Source: Pseudomonadota bacterium (lineage in GTDB: Bacteria > Desulfobacterota > Binatia > Binatales > Binataceae). Taken from it: DNA of 64,000 nt. The position numbers and the translations under genes are program-made. Position 1 is the first letter of the stretch, and each line of letters opens with the position of its first letter. Positions 37,579 through 47,027 of the stretch are shown here, one piece after another. The notes under the pieces are model-generated. The model was not told the DNA's origin. It saw nothing but the letters and a program-made list of their open reading frames with translations, and did no database searches. Location of the stretch: positions 162,853 to 226,852 of the forward strand of contig JAJPKA010000018.1 in the NCBI GenBank assembly GCA_021323945.1, given 5' to 3'.

Positions 37579-39618
37579 CTACCGCCGAGGTATGAGCGAC
37601 ACGAGACAGCTTGGGTCAAAGGCGGGGCCATAAATCCGGATGATTGTGCCGTCGCTCGGAGAGCATTCCTTGAGCCAGCGAGCAACTATTGCCATCGGCC
37701 CGAGATCGGCGCGGGCCACCGCGCTCATCCTGTAGCGTTCGAAATTTTCCACAATGAAACGAGCGATTTCTGAAGCAGCCTGAGTTGAGTCGAGCTCGCG
37801 AATCAAGGCGAGCCTCCCGCTCAGCACGACATAGGCAATCGGAAAACAATCACCGAAGCGCCCGTCGATTTGGCCGGCTGTGTGGTGTGCATCGCTTGCC
37901 GGTGAACTCTGGTCGCCTAGTACGATAACCAGGTTGTTTTCGGTCACGACTCGGCTGAGCCTCTCAGTTCGGTGCGCTAAGGTAGTTAACAATCGCAGGT
38001 TCTGATGATGGCGACGAGCTTCCTCAAAGCGCATCGCCGCTGCAGCTCGCTCGCGCGCACGGACGAGTTGCGCAAGCAGTGGGGCGCTATGTCCGCGCAA
38101 AAAGCCGATGGCGCGCATTATTTGCCGACCATAAGCTTCCTGACTCACGGTTAGATTGCACGGTGCGGCACACTGCCCAATCTGGCCATAAATACACGGC
38201 GAGAAATCCGGGTGCGGTTCTAGCCGGCTGGCGCATTGGCGCAGCCCCAGTATCTTGGAAAGAGTTCGCAATGAATTCTCGATACTTCGTCGGCCGATGA
38301 AGGGACCCAGCTGAAGCACCCCGACTCGCGAGGTGAGGTTCCGCGCTGCCTGTAAACGCGGGAATTGGTCATTCAAATCGATCCGAACAAACCATGCCGG
38401 TGCGGCTGATTTGAGCATCCGATTGTAAGGTGGCTTCAATTCTCGAATCAGTTGGGCTTCCAGGAGTGCTGCTTCAAGTGCCGAGCGGGTGAGCCGCGTC
38501 TCGATTTGCCAAACGTGATTGACCAGCTCGGCCGTTTTGCCCTTCCGGTGAACATCATTGGTGAAATAGGCCCGGAGGCGGTCTTTAAGGTGAGCGGCTT
38601 TACCGACATAGAGCAGATCACCCTGCTGATTGCGCATCAGGTAAACGCCCGGTCCATCAGGCATCCGCGCTATCGTTTCGGGCGGGATATGTGGTTCGAT
38701 GCGGCGACCGCAGATTCCACGCGAATGCTGGTCGAGCAGGCGGTCGAGCCGATTTACACCCATCTGCTCTGCGATTTCCAGGAAGATAGATAACAGCTCC
38801 GCCGCCATGCGCGCGTCGCCGAGGCCGCGATGACGCCCAGCGGTCGAAAGACCAAAGTGTTCTGCCAAAAAGTCGAGCCGCCGACGCCGAATTGAGGGCA
38901 GCAGGCGACGTGACATGCGCAGCGTACACAGTACCGGATTCAGCAGACCGATTCCGAACAGTCGCCTGAACTCAAAGTCGAGAAAGGCATGATCGAATTG
39001 AGCGTTGTGGGCGACGAGTACGGCATCGCCCAGAAAACTGCGAAAGCGAGGCAACACGTCCTCGATCGGTGGCGCAGTTGCGACCATTTCATTGGTGATG
39101 GAAGTCAGGCGGGTCACGAACCGAGGAATTGGCATGCGTGGCTTAATCAGGCTCTGAAACGCGTCGAGCATTCGCCGCCCATGCATGCGGTAGGCGCCGA
39201 TCTCAATAATTGCTCCCGCAGCCGGACGGCTAGCGGCGGTTTCCAGGTCAACAACGACAAAATGTGCCTCGTCCAGTGCAACCCGCAACCTCGCGTTTCC
39301 GTTCAGCGACCACAAGCCCGAGTGTGCATCAAATACGAAGTTCGGATCATTTTTCAGGATTCCGTCGATGACTCGTGAGCCGAGCTCCGGATCTGATCCG
39401 ACGCCATTGGAGAGTACGGCAACCAGCTCATGAGCATGCGCGCCGGCCGGGTGGGCGCTTAAATATGCATAAAGCTTCTCCTTGGCCGTGTGCGAGGCCA
39501 GACGTTGCGGCCAAGCTGAGCTGACTCCTTCGCGGCGCGCTTCTCTGACGGAGTTAGACGGCAGGTCAGACGAATCCCCGATCAGCAGGGGACTTGAATT
39601 GGCGTCACGAGCATCCAT
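37579..39618 (-). CDS. DEDDh 3'-5' exonuclease fused to a GIY-YIG/UvrC-like endonuclease
   Basis: VVDLET, AHNAQFD, HRGLGDA; then PGVYLM...LYVGKA, Cys cluster C...CIYGQIGQCAAPC and a UVR-like helix. Confidence 0.88.
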   Translation of the reverse strand: MDARDANSSPLLIGDSSDLPSNSVREARREGVSSAWPQRLASHTAKEKLYAYLSAHPAGAHAHELVAVLSNGVGSDPELGSRVIDGILKNDPNFVFDAHSGLWSLNGNARLRVALDEAHFVVVDLETAASRPAAGAIIEIGAYRMHGRRMLDAFQSLIKPRMPIPRFVTRLTSITNEMVATAPPIEDVLPRFRSFLGDAVLVAHNAQFDHAFLDFEFRRLFGIGLLNPVLCTLRMSRRLLPSIRRRRLDFLAEHFGLSTAGRHRGLGDARMAAELLSIFLEIAEQMGVNRLDRLLDQHSRGICGRRIEPHIPPETIARMPDGPGVYLMRNQQGDLLYVGKAAHLKDRLRAYFTNDVHRKGKTAELVNHVWQIETRLTRSALEAALLEAQLIRELKPPYNRMLKSAAPAWFVRIDLNDQFPRLQAARNLTSRVGVLQLGPFIGRRSIENSLRTLSKILGLRQCASRLEPHPDFSPCIYGQIGQCAAPCNLTVSQEAYGRQIMRAIGFLRGHSAPLLAQLVRARERAAAAMRFEEARRHHQNLRLLTTLAHRTERLSRVVTENNLVIVLGDQSSPASDAHHTAGQIDGRFGDCFPIAYVVLSGRLALIRELDSTQAASEIARFIVENFERYRMSAVARADLGPMAIVARWLKECSPSDGTIIRIYGPAFDPSCLVSLIPRR

Positions 39619-39848
39619 TCGGCCGCCTTGCGTATCTTAATTTCGATCTCTGTTCGCTTAAAATCCCTGATATTCTGTCTAGAGCTTAAGCAAACGCCAA
39701 GGCATTTACCGCAAACAATCCACAGGGCGTTACCCGGCTTGTGGGGTTATGATGAATGCTTCAGGCTGGTAAGAAATTCTTACGATTGCCAGGAGGGATG
39801 GTGCCGAATGGTCGCATGTGAGTTTGAACGTGGGCAAGTTGATCAACC

Positions 39849-41309
39849 ATGACTTCCGAGCTATTCACATTAACAATTACCGAAGCGCGAGAGCGGCTGG
39901 TTAAGCGCGAGCTCTCGGCTGTTGAACTAACACGGGCATGTCTCGATCGGGCGGCAGCGATCGAATCCAGGCTGAACGCGTTCATAACACTGTGTCCGCG
40001 CGAAGCGATCGAACAAGCTGAAGTTGCGGATCGGCTTATTGCGCGCGGCAATTGTTCTTCACTGACCGGGATTCCTCTCGCCATCAAGGATATTTTCGCG
40101 ACCAGGGGGGTACGCACGACGTGTGCCTCAAAAATTCTGGAGGGTTTTGTGCCGCCGTACGACGCCACGGTGATTGAGAGGCTTCGTGCGGCGGGAGCGA
40201 TTTTTCTCGGCAAGACCAACATGGATGAATTCGCGATGGGTTCATCGACCGAAAATTCGTCGTTTGGTCCCACGCGTAATCCTTACGATCTGCGACGGGT
40301 GGCGGGAGGCTCTTCGGGAGGCTCGGCCGCCGCGGTTGCCGCCGACGAATGCATCGCCGCCCTTGGCACCGATACCGGCGGTTCCATTCGTGAACCCGCG
40401 TCGTTTTGCGGTGTCGTGGGATTAAAGCCAACTTACAGTCGAGTCAGCCGCTACGGGGTGATTGCCTACGCGTCTTCGCTCGATCAGGTCGGACCGTTTG
40501 CCAAGACTGTTCGGGACGCAGCGATCTTACTGGGCGAGATTGCGGGGGTGGACCCTCGTGACGCGACCTGCTCGGCGCGACCTGTGCCCGACTACGAAGC
40601 TGCTCTGACCGGAAAGGTCGAAGGCATCCGAATTGGGGTCCCTCGTGAGTTCTTCGTCGAGGGGATGCAGGAGGACGTCGGGTTGGCCGTGCGGTCGGCG
40701 ATTAAGCAATTCGAGTCGCAAGGCTGTCAAGTCCGTGAAATTTCTCTACCTCATACCCAATATGCCGTAGCCGCCTATTATTTAATCGCAACCGCTGAGG
40801 CCAGCGCGAACCTCGCTCGCTACGACGGGATTCGCTACGGGCTTCGTGCCGAAGCGGACAACACCCTAGACCTGTACAATCGCACTCGCGATCGCGGCTT
40901 TGGTCCCGAGGTAAAACGTCGGATCATGCTCGGTACATTCGCGCTATCTGCCGGCTACTACGACGCGTACTACAGAAAAGCGCAGAAAGTGCGCACCTTG
41001 ATCCGGCAGGACTTTTTCCGCGCCTTCAACGACTGCGATATCATTCTGACGCCTGTGGCACCTACCACCGCGTTCGAACTCGGTGAAAAGATCGCCGATC
41101 CCTTGCAAATGTACCTCTCGGATATTTTTACCATCTCCGTCAACCTGGCCGGATTACCTGGTCTTTCGGTGCCTTGCGGATACGATCGCAAAGGTATGCC
41201 CATCGGCTTGCAACTGATCGGCCCGCCCTTTGGTGAAGAAATAATTCTCCGTGCTGGTGACGCCTACGAGAGATCCGGCTGCGTTCAGAGGCAGCCGCCG
41301 CCCCTTTGA
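39849..41309 (+). CDS. gatA: Asp/Glu-tRNA amidotransferase subunit A
   Basis: [45 protein letters not shown]. Confidence 0.97.
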   Translation: MTSELFTLTITEARERLVKRELSAVELTRACLDRAAAIESRLNAFITLCPREAIEQAEVADRLIARGNCSSLTGIPLAIKDIFATRGVRTTCASKILEGFVPPYDATVIERLRAAGAIFLGKTNMDEFAMGSSTENSSFGPTRNPYDLRRVAGGSSGGSAAAVAADECIAALGTDTGGSIREPASFCGVVGLKPTYSRVSRYGVIAYASSLDQVGPFAKTVRDAAILLGEIAGVDPRDATCSARPVPDYEAALTGKVEGIRIGVPREFFVEGMQEDVGLAVRSAIKQFESQGCQVREISLPHTQYAVAAYYLIATAEASANLARYDGIRYGLRAEADNTLDLYNRTRDRGFGPEVKRRIMLGTFALSAGYYDAYYRKAQKVRTLIRQDFFRAFNDCDIILTPVAPTTAFELGEKIADPLQMYLSDIFTISVNLAGLPGLSVPCGYDRKGMPIGLQLIGPPFGEEIILRAGDAYERSGCVQRQPPPL

Positions 41310-41342
41310 GAATTCGCCCATTGTTCAGGTAACGATAATCCT

Positions 41343-42779
41343 ATGACCAGTAGCTCATACGAAGCCGTCATCGGTCTCGAAGTCCATACTCACCTGATGA
41401 CCCGCTCGAAGCTGTTCTGCGGGTGCTCGGCCAGCTTCGGCAGCGGACCCAACGAAAATGTATGCCCGGTGTGCCTGGGGATGCCGGGAGTACTACCGGT
41501 GCTAAATCAGTACGCAGTCGAATTGGCATTGCGGGTGGCCCTGGCTACCCATTCTGAAGTGCAAACCCGATCCGTGTTTGCGCGCAAAAGCTACTTCTAC
41601 CCTGATTTGCCGAAGGGTTATCAAATCAGTCAGTACGAGCTGCCGTTGTGCAAGGGTGGGTATATCGAGATTGCCAATGGCGGTGAGTCGCGGCGAATCC
41701 GTCTAGTCCGCATCCATATGGAAGAGGACGCCGGCAAGAATCTCCATGAGGCAAATTATAGCCTGGTTGATTTCAACCGTTCGGGCGTCCCACTGGTCGA
41801 AATTGTCAGTGAGCCCGACATCCGCTCGGCGGCTGAGGCAGGTGCCTACCTACGGGAATTGCGTGCCATCCTACGTTACGTGGGGGCCTCCGAGGGACGG
41901 ATGGAGGAAGGTGATTTCCGTTGCGACGTAAACGTCTCAGTTCGACGTAAAGGATCGGACGAACTAGGAACCAAGACGGAAATCAAGAACCTGAATTCTT
42001 TCCGCTTCGTTGAAAAGGCTATTACCTACGAGATTGGCCGCCAGATCGAGCTTTTGGAGGCCGGAGGCCGTGTGACCCAGGAGACCCGACTTTGGGACCC
42101 CAATCGCGAGGAGACGCGGCCGATGCGCTCAAAGGAGTTCGCCCACGACTATCGGTACTTCCCCGAACCTGATCTGCCGCCCCTTGAGATTGACGGCCAG
42201 ATGCTTGAGCGCGTACGGGCTGCAATGCCTGAATTACCCGCTGAGCGCCGGCGACGATTTCAGCGCGATCTAGGACTGGGCGCATACGAGACGGCGATCC
42301 TTACCGAGGATCGAGCAATTGCCGATTATTTCGAGGCGCTGCTCAATGGCGGTGTAATCGGCTCCAAGACTGCCGCCAATTGGACCATGACCGAGGTCCT
42401 GCGCATTGTCAACGAAACGGGCAAACCGCTTGAGGAAGCGGTCCCGCCGGCAGCTGAAACCCGGATCCTTCTAAAAATGGTCCAGGACGGCGTAGTTAGT
42501 CTTAATGCTGCCAAAAACGCTTTCTCCGTCATGTGTAAGTCAGGGCAACCCGCGGCGGCCGTCGTGGCCAGGCTAGGACTCGCTCAGGTTTCTGACGAGG
42601 CCGCAATTGCAGCGGCCTGCGATGAGGTAATCGCAGCGGAATCTGCCAAGGTGGCGGAGTATCGTGCAGGCCGTGACAAACTATTCGGCTTTTTCGTCGG
42701 TCAAGTGATGAAAGCCATGGGTGGTAAAGCAAACCCCAAGGTGGTTAATGAGATACTGCGCCAACGACTCCAATCTTAA
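41343..42779 (+). CDS. gatB: Asp/Glu-tRNA amidotransferase subunit B
   Basis: IGLEVH, YFYPDLPKGYQISQ, HMEEDAGK, EIKNLNS, DYRYFPEPDL, GFFVGQVMK. Confidence 0.97.
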   Translation: MTSSSYEAVIGLEVHTHLMTRSKLFCGCSASFGSGPNENVCPVCLGMPGVLPVLNQYAVELALRVALATHSEVQTRSVFARKSYFYPDLPKGYQISQYELPLCKGGYIEIANGGESRRIRLVRIHMEEDAGKNLHEANYSLVDFNRSGVPLVEIVSEPDIRSAAEAGAYLRELRAILRYVGASEGRMEEGDFRCDVNVSVRRKGSDELGTKTEIKNLNSFRFVEKAITYEIGRQIELLEAGGRVTQETRLWDPNREETRPMRSKEFAHDYRYFPEPDLPPLEIDGQMLERVRAAMPELPAERRRRFQRDLGLGAYETAILTEDRAIADYFEALLNGGVIGSKTAANWTMTEVLRIVNETGKPLEEAVPPAAETRILLKMVQDGVVSLNAAKNAFSVMCKSGQPAAAVVARLGLAQVSDEAAIAAACDEVIAAESAKVAEYRAGRDKLFGFFVGQVMKAMGGKANPKVVNEILRQRLQS

Positions 42780-42910
42780 AAGCACTGGCGCAGCTCTCGC
42801 GCTCCGCCAGTTGCTCTCGCGACCTTCCGCTGCTCGTTCCAAGAGTTGTCTGCCTGTGCCAGCAAGAATCGATTGCAGGCGGACGCGCTTGTTTCATACT
42901 ATGGCTTTCG

Positions 42911-44257
42911 GTGCGAAACCACGGGCGCAACTCCGTCGGGGGATCCGGAGTCGCCGTGAAGGTCTGCCGAGTGGGGACTAGCGCAGGCCTGTTCGCGACG
43001 CTCTTGCTCACCCCCCTCCAAGTCACTGCTCACCCAAGCGGCGAGTCGGTTCAAACGCCTCCCCAGGCGAGCGCAAATGCCGTCGGCATCAGTACGAGTG
43101 CGGCTCCGATTTGGATCGTCAAAATGAACGACACTGATCCGATGTATAAGCCGAACATTATACGAATCAGCGCTGGCGAAACCGTGGAATGGGAAAACGA
43201 CGGCCAGGTCAGCCATTCCGTCACTGACGATCCGGCTCGGGCCGAGAAGCCCGCCGATGCCTTGCTTCCAGCCGGTGTGAAGCCGTTCAATTCAGGCAGT
43301 GTGATGCCGGGAGGACGCTTTCGCCATACATTCTCAGAGCCAGGTCGTTACCGATATTTCTGCCTCAGTCATGAGAATGATCGGATGATAGGCGAAGTAA
43401 TAGTTGAACCGCGACCGTCGGCGCCTTCCTTCGAGCGCGTTGCTCGGCAAAGCCATCCGGTTCCGGCGGTAACGGCACCGCGGGTCTCGACGGCCGCGCC
43501 GATCCAAATCGTCAAGATGAACGATGACGATCCCATGTATCGTCCTAACGTTGTGCAAATCACTGCAGGCCAAACCGTCGAATGGGAGAATGATGGGCAG
43601 GTAAGTCATTCGGTTACTGACGATCCAGCGCGGGCCAACCAACCAGGCGACGCGTTGCTTCCCGCCGGTGTGAAGCCGTTCAATTCAGGCAGTGTGATGC
43701 CAGGCGGCCGTTTTCGTTATACGTTTATGAGGCCGGGCCGCTACCGGTATTTTTGCCTTACCCACGAAAGCGACAAGATGGTTGGAGAAGTCATCGTGAC
43801 GCCACCAGAGCAGGAACAGCTAGCTCAATCAAGCAATCGAGACGCAGCTGATGAAGGCCTCCCATCAGCGTCGCCTCCGGTCGTAGTCGGCATGTACGAT
43901 GACAAACCTATCTATCGGCCACGTTCAATTCAGATCGTGGCGGGACAGACCGTCGAGTGGAAGAACAAAGGGCAGAACGTTCACTCGGTCAGTGACGATC
44001 CGACTCAGGCGTGGGATCCTATTGATGCGATGCGCCCGGCAGGCGTTCAGCCATTTAGCTCGGGTAATATCATGCCAGGCGGCCATTTTAGTCATACCTT
44101 TATCAAGCCTGGCCGCTACCGCTATTTTTGCCCGACCGCGAAGGCTGCCGATGAAGTGGGCGAGATCGTGGTCAAGCCCAGCGATGAGGAAGCGGCATCT
44201 AGACCCAACAGCAACACTCGGTTGTCGGCTGTTAACAACCCGGCTCTTGCAGAGTAG
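42911..44257 (+). CDS. Exported protein with three tandem cupredoxin (plastocyanin/azurin-like) domains
   Basis: Three repeats of GxTVEW.N...HSV...PG.YRYFC; signal-like N-terminus; start uncertain. Confidence 0.88.
   Translation: MRNHGRNSVGGSGVAVKVCRVGTSAGLFATLLLTPLQVTAHPSGESVQTPPQASANAVGISTSAAPIWIVKMNDTDPMYKPNIIRISAGETVEWENDGQVSHSVTDDPARAEKPADALLPAGVKPFNSGSVMPGGRFRHTFSEPGRYRYFCLSHENDRMIGEVIVEPRPSAPSFERVARQSHPVPAVTAPRVSTAAPIQIVKMNDDDPMYRPNVVQITAGQTVEWENDGQVSHSVTDDPARANQPGDALLPAGVKPFNSGSVMPGGRFRYTFMRPGRYRYFCLTHESDKMVGEVIVTPPEQEQLAQSSNRDAADEGLPSASPPVVVGMYDDKPIYRPRSIQIVAGQTVEWKNKGQNVHSVSDDPTQAWDPIDAMRPAGVQPFSSGNIMPGGHFSHTFIKPGRYRYFCPTAKAADEVGEIVVKPSDEEAASRPNSNTRLSAVNNPALAE
43271..43701 (+). repeat. 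Intragenic duplication: identical 38-nt block at 43271-43308 and 43664-43701
   Basis: gccggtgtgaagccgttcaattcaggcagtgtgatgcc occurs twice, inside cupredoxin domains 1 and 2. Confidence 0.9.
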
Positions 44258-44350
44258 TTGCAGCCACGGCGGCCGGCTGTGTTTTCACTCGAGTTGCGGG
44301 GAACGCAAAGCGCGGGCAGCCACGTTTGATCGATCCTCCTTCTCGGGTCA

Positions 44351-45487
44351 TTGTTTGTGACCAGCGTTTTCAGAGCCTTTCGAGCGTTAAGTAGCAGGCC
44401 AAGGACTCCGTTGGAATGGCCGATCACTGTGCGCCCGTGGGTCCGACCGCGACGCGTTGTGGTGAAGGAAGTCAACTGGCTGGGAGACCTCGTTATGAGC
44501 TTACCAGCCCTGCGCATCCTTCGTAGCACCTTTAAAGCGGCAAACCTGTCGGTAGTGGTTCGTCAGGACTTGGCCGGCTTTTTCGATGGCCTCAACTGGA
44601 TCGATGAGGTGATTACCTACTCGGTACGGCCCGGGATATGGAGTCTGATCGACCAACAGAGAATTATCGCTGCCCTTCGCGTGCGGCGCTTCGATTTGGC
44701 CGTCATCTTCCCAAATAGTTTCAGGTCAGCCTTGTGGATGAAGCTTGCGGGAGTCCGGTACCGAGCTGGCTATGCCACCGACGGAAGAGGTCTTCTGCTC
44801 ACGCACCGTGCCATTCCAAGGCCGACGTCGAGGGAGATCCATCAAAGATTCTATTGGATTCAGCTACTGCACGACGCCCTGGGAATTCCGGCGCCGAGAA
44901 CTGATCCATCGGGCGAAAAGTTGGAGGTCTCGCCCTCAAGTATACGTCGGATGCGACAATTTTTGGAGGAACGCCGAAGAGCTACGGGGCCGCTCATAGC
45001 CTTGGCACCAACGGCTGCCTATGGTCCGGCCAAGGAATGGCCCGCACACTATTATGCTGAACTCATAGACCTGCTGGCGTCGTCAGTCGGTGCTGAGTGC
45101 GTACTGCTGGGGACTGCCGCCGATCGGTCGAGGTGCGAACAAGTGGCAGTGATGAGCCGGTCAGAGGCGATTGTGGCTGCCGGCGAGACCGGCGTGGCCG
45201 AACTAAAAGCCTTGCTGTATCTTTGCGATGGGTTTGCAGGCAATGATTCTGGCGCGATGCATCTGGCGGCAGCGATCGGCATACCCTCGATCGGAATTTT
45301 CGGTTCGACCAATCCCCGACGCACCGGGCCTTTCGGGGAGCGGACGAGCGTCATCCATCACCCGATCTCATGCAGCCCCTGTCTGAGGCGAACCTGTCGT
45401 TTTAATCACTATCAGTGTCTGCGCGGGGTTGAGCCGAGTGAGGTCGCCCGGGCGCTCATTGAGATTGGTGGCTTTGCCACCAGCTAA
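44351..45487 (+). CDS. waaF: LPS heptosyltransferase II (GT9)
   Basis: NWLGDLVMSLP, FPNSFRSA, YGPAKEWP, NDSGAMHLAAA, FGSTNP, CSPC. Confidence 0.9.
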   Translation: MFVTSVFRAFRALSSRPRTPLEWPITVRPWVRPRRVVVKEVNWLGDLVMSLPALRILRSTFKAANLSVVVRQDLAGFFDGLNWIDEVITYSVRPGIWSLIDQQRIIAALRVRRFDLAVIFPNSFRSALWMKLAGVRYRAGYATDGRGLLLTHRAIPRPTSREIHQRFYWIQLLHDALGIPAPRTDPSGEKLEVSPSSIRRMRQFLEERRRATGPLIALAPTAAYGPAKEWPAHYYAELIDLLASSVGAECVLLGTAADRSRCEQVAVMSRSEAIVAAGETGVAELKALLYLCDGFAGNDSGAMHLAAAIGIPSIGIFGSTNPRRTGPFGERTSVIHHPISCSPCLRRTCRFNHYQCLRGVEPSEVARALIEIGGFATS

Positions 45488-45546
45488 TCAGCAAGCTTTG
45501 CGTCCCGTGGCATAGAGGTCGCGAAGGGCGCGAGACACGTTGGAGC

Positions 45547-46572
45547 ATGAGGATGAAGTTGAGTGAGTTAGCGTCGCGGCTTGGGCTCGAAATGCGCGGT
45601 GACGGAGAGCTCGAGATCGTCGGCCCCGCACCAATTGAGGCAGCGATCGAGGGTACCATTACCTTCGCCGTTGGTCCGAAGTATAAGGCCAGATTACGTT
45701 CATCGCGCGCCTCGGCCGCGATTGTCACGCAGGAGATGGCGGACGATGCTGAATGCGCGGTGCTGCTAAGTGCGGACCCCGCCTTCGATTTTGCGCGTGT
45801 GCTCGAGCTTTTTTCTCCACCCTATCGACCCGCAACTGGTATTCATCCAACCGCGGTTATCGCCGCGGATGCGCGCATTGGAGAAAATGCCTCAATCGGT
45901 GCGTACTCTGTCATCGGCGGCGGGGTGATCATCGGCCGCAACGCCGTTATCCATCCTCATGTAGTCGTTTACCCTGGCGTGCGCATCGGTGACGATTTCA
46001 CTTGTCATAGCCATGTCTCTATTCGCGAAGGTGTTACGATAGGCAATCGGGTGACATTGCTGAACGGAGCCGTAATCGGTGCCGACGGCTTTGGGTTTAT
46101 TGAACACGATGGCGAGTTGGCCCGAATCCCGCAAATCGGCACCGTGATCATCGAGGATGACGTTGAAATTGGAGCCAACACGACCGTCGACCGAGCGACT
46201 ATGGGTGCCACGATTATCCGACGTGCGGTAAAACTCGATAACTTGATCCAGATTGGTCACAACTGCGAGGTCGGTACTCGGACTCGAATGGCGGCTCAAT
46301 CCGGCCTTGCAGGGTCGGTCAAGATTGGTGAGTGGTGCCAGTTCGGCGGTCAGTCAGGCTGCGCGGATCACGTCCAAGTGGGCGATCGTGTGCGAGTGAT
46401 CGCTCAAGCCGGAATTCATAACAATTTGCCCAATGAGGCTTTGGTAGGCGGTGCGCCCGCGATCGACTTAAAAATTTTCCGTCGGATGGTTGCCGTGATG
46501 CCTCGATTGCCGGCAATCGTTCGACGACTGCGATCGTTGGAGAAGCGGTTACGTGTCGAAGCTGCCGACTAG
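45547..46572 (+). CDS. lpxD: UDP-3-O-acyl-glucosamine N-acyltransferase
   Basis: GIHPTAVI, hexapeptide repeats, GADGFG, IPQIG, IGANTTVDR, KLDNLIQIGHN. Confidence 0.96.
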   Translation: MRMKLSELASRLGLEMRGDGELEIVGPAPIEAAIEGTITFAVGPKYKARLRSSRASAAIVTQEMADDAECAVLLSADPAFDFARVLELFSPPYRPATGIHPTAVIAADARIGENASIGAYSVIGGGVIIGRNAVIHPHVVVYPGVRIGDDFTCHSHVSIREGVTIGNRVTLLNGAVIGADGFGFIEHDGELARIPQIGTVIIEDDVEIGANTTVDRATMGATIIRRAVKLDNLIQIGHNCEVGTRTRMAAQSGLAGSVKIGEWCQFGGQSGCADHVQVGDRVRVIAQAGIHNNLPNEALVGGAPAIDLKIFRRMVAVMPRLPAIVRRLRSLEKRLRVEAAD

Positions 46573-46630
46573 ATAAACAATGCCGGCAAACGGAGAACGG
46601 CAAGTCAGGCAGTCCGATCACTGACAGACA

Positions 46631-46682
46631 TCCGCATCAATCACATAATGCATAATTCCGCATCAATCACATAATGCATAAT
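46631..46682. repeat. Perfect 26-bp tandem duplication
   Basis: tccgcatcaatcacataatgcataat at 46631-46656 and 46657-46682. Confidence 0.95.
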
Positions 46683-46934
46683 TATGTTCGGCATGAGGAT
46701 GCACGGCACCCGCTCGTCCGACACGTGCCCCTGTTCTTTATCGTAGCCTTGCTCAGTCTGCTGAGTGTCTGCTGCACAGGTTGCATTTGGTTGGCGGTCC
46801 CCAGTCTCGCCTACGAAGGCTACAAGTACGAACGGCAACTAAAAGCCCCCACCTCTCCCGGCCCTGAATCGGATCGGGCGAGTACGCGCGCCAATTCCGG
46901 AGACTCAACCTCGGATCGCGACCCGGCGAGATAG
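46674..46934 (+). CDS. Small hypothetical lipoprotein-like protein
   Basis: Hydrophobic stretch LFFIVALLSLLSV then CTGC; may start at GTG 46725. Confidence 0.5.
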   Translation: MHNYVRHEDARHPLVRHVPLFFIVALLSLLSVCCTGCIWLAVPSLAYEGYKYERQLKAPTSPGPESDRASTRANSGDSTSDRDPAR

Positions 46935-47027
46935 GCAATAAGAAGCTCAATACACTTTAATCACGTCGAGTTTAGTTCTTACGCTCGCCCTATAGCGTTG
47001 ACTGCAAAAAACGAGTAATCAGCTCTC

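Noticed and set aside
46631..46682. CRISPR array
   Set aside because: Two abutting copies with no spacer and no cas genes; this is a simple tandem duplication.
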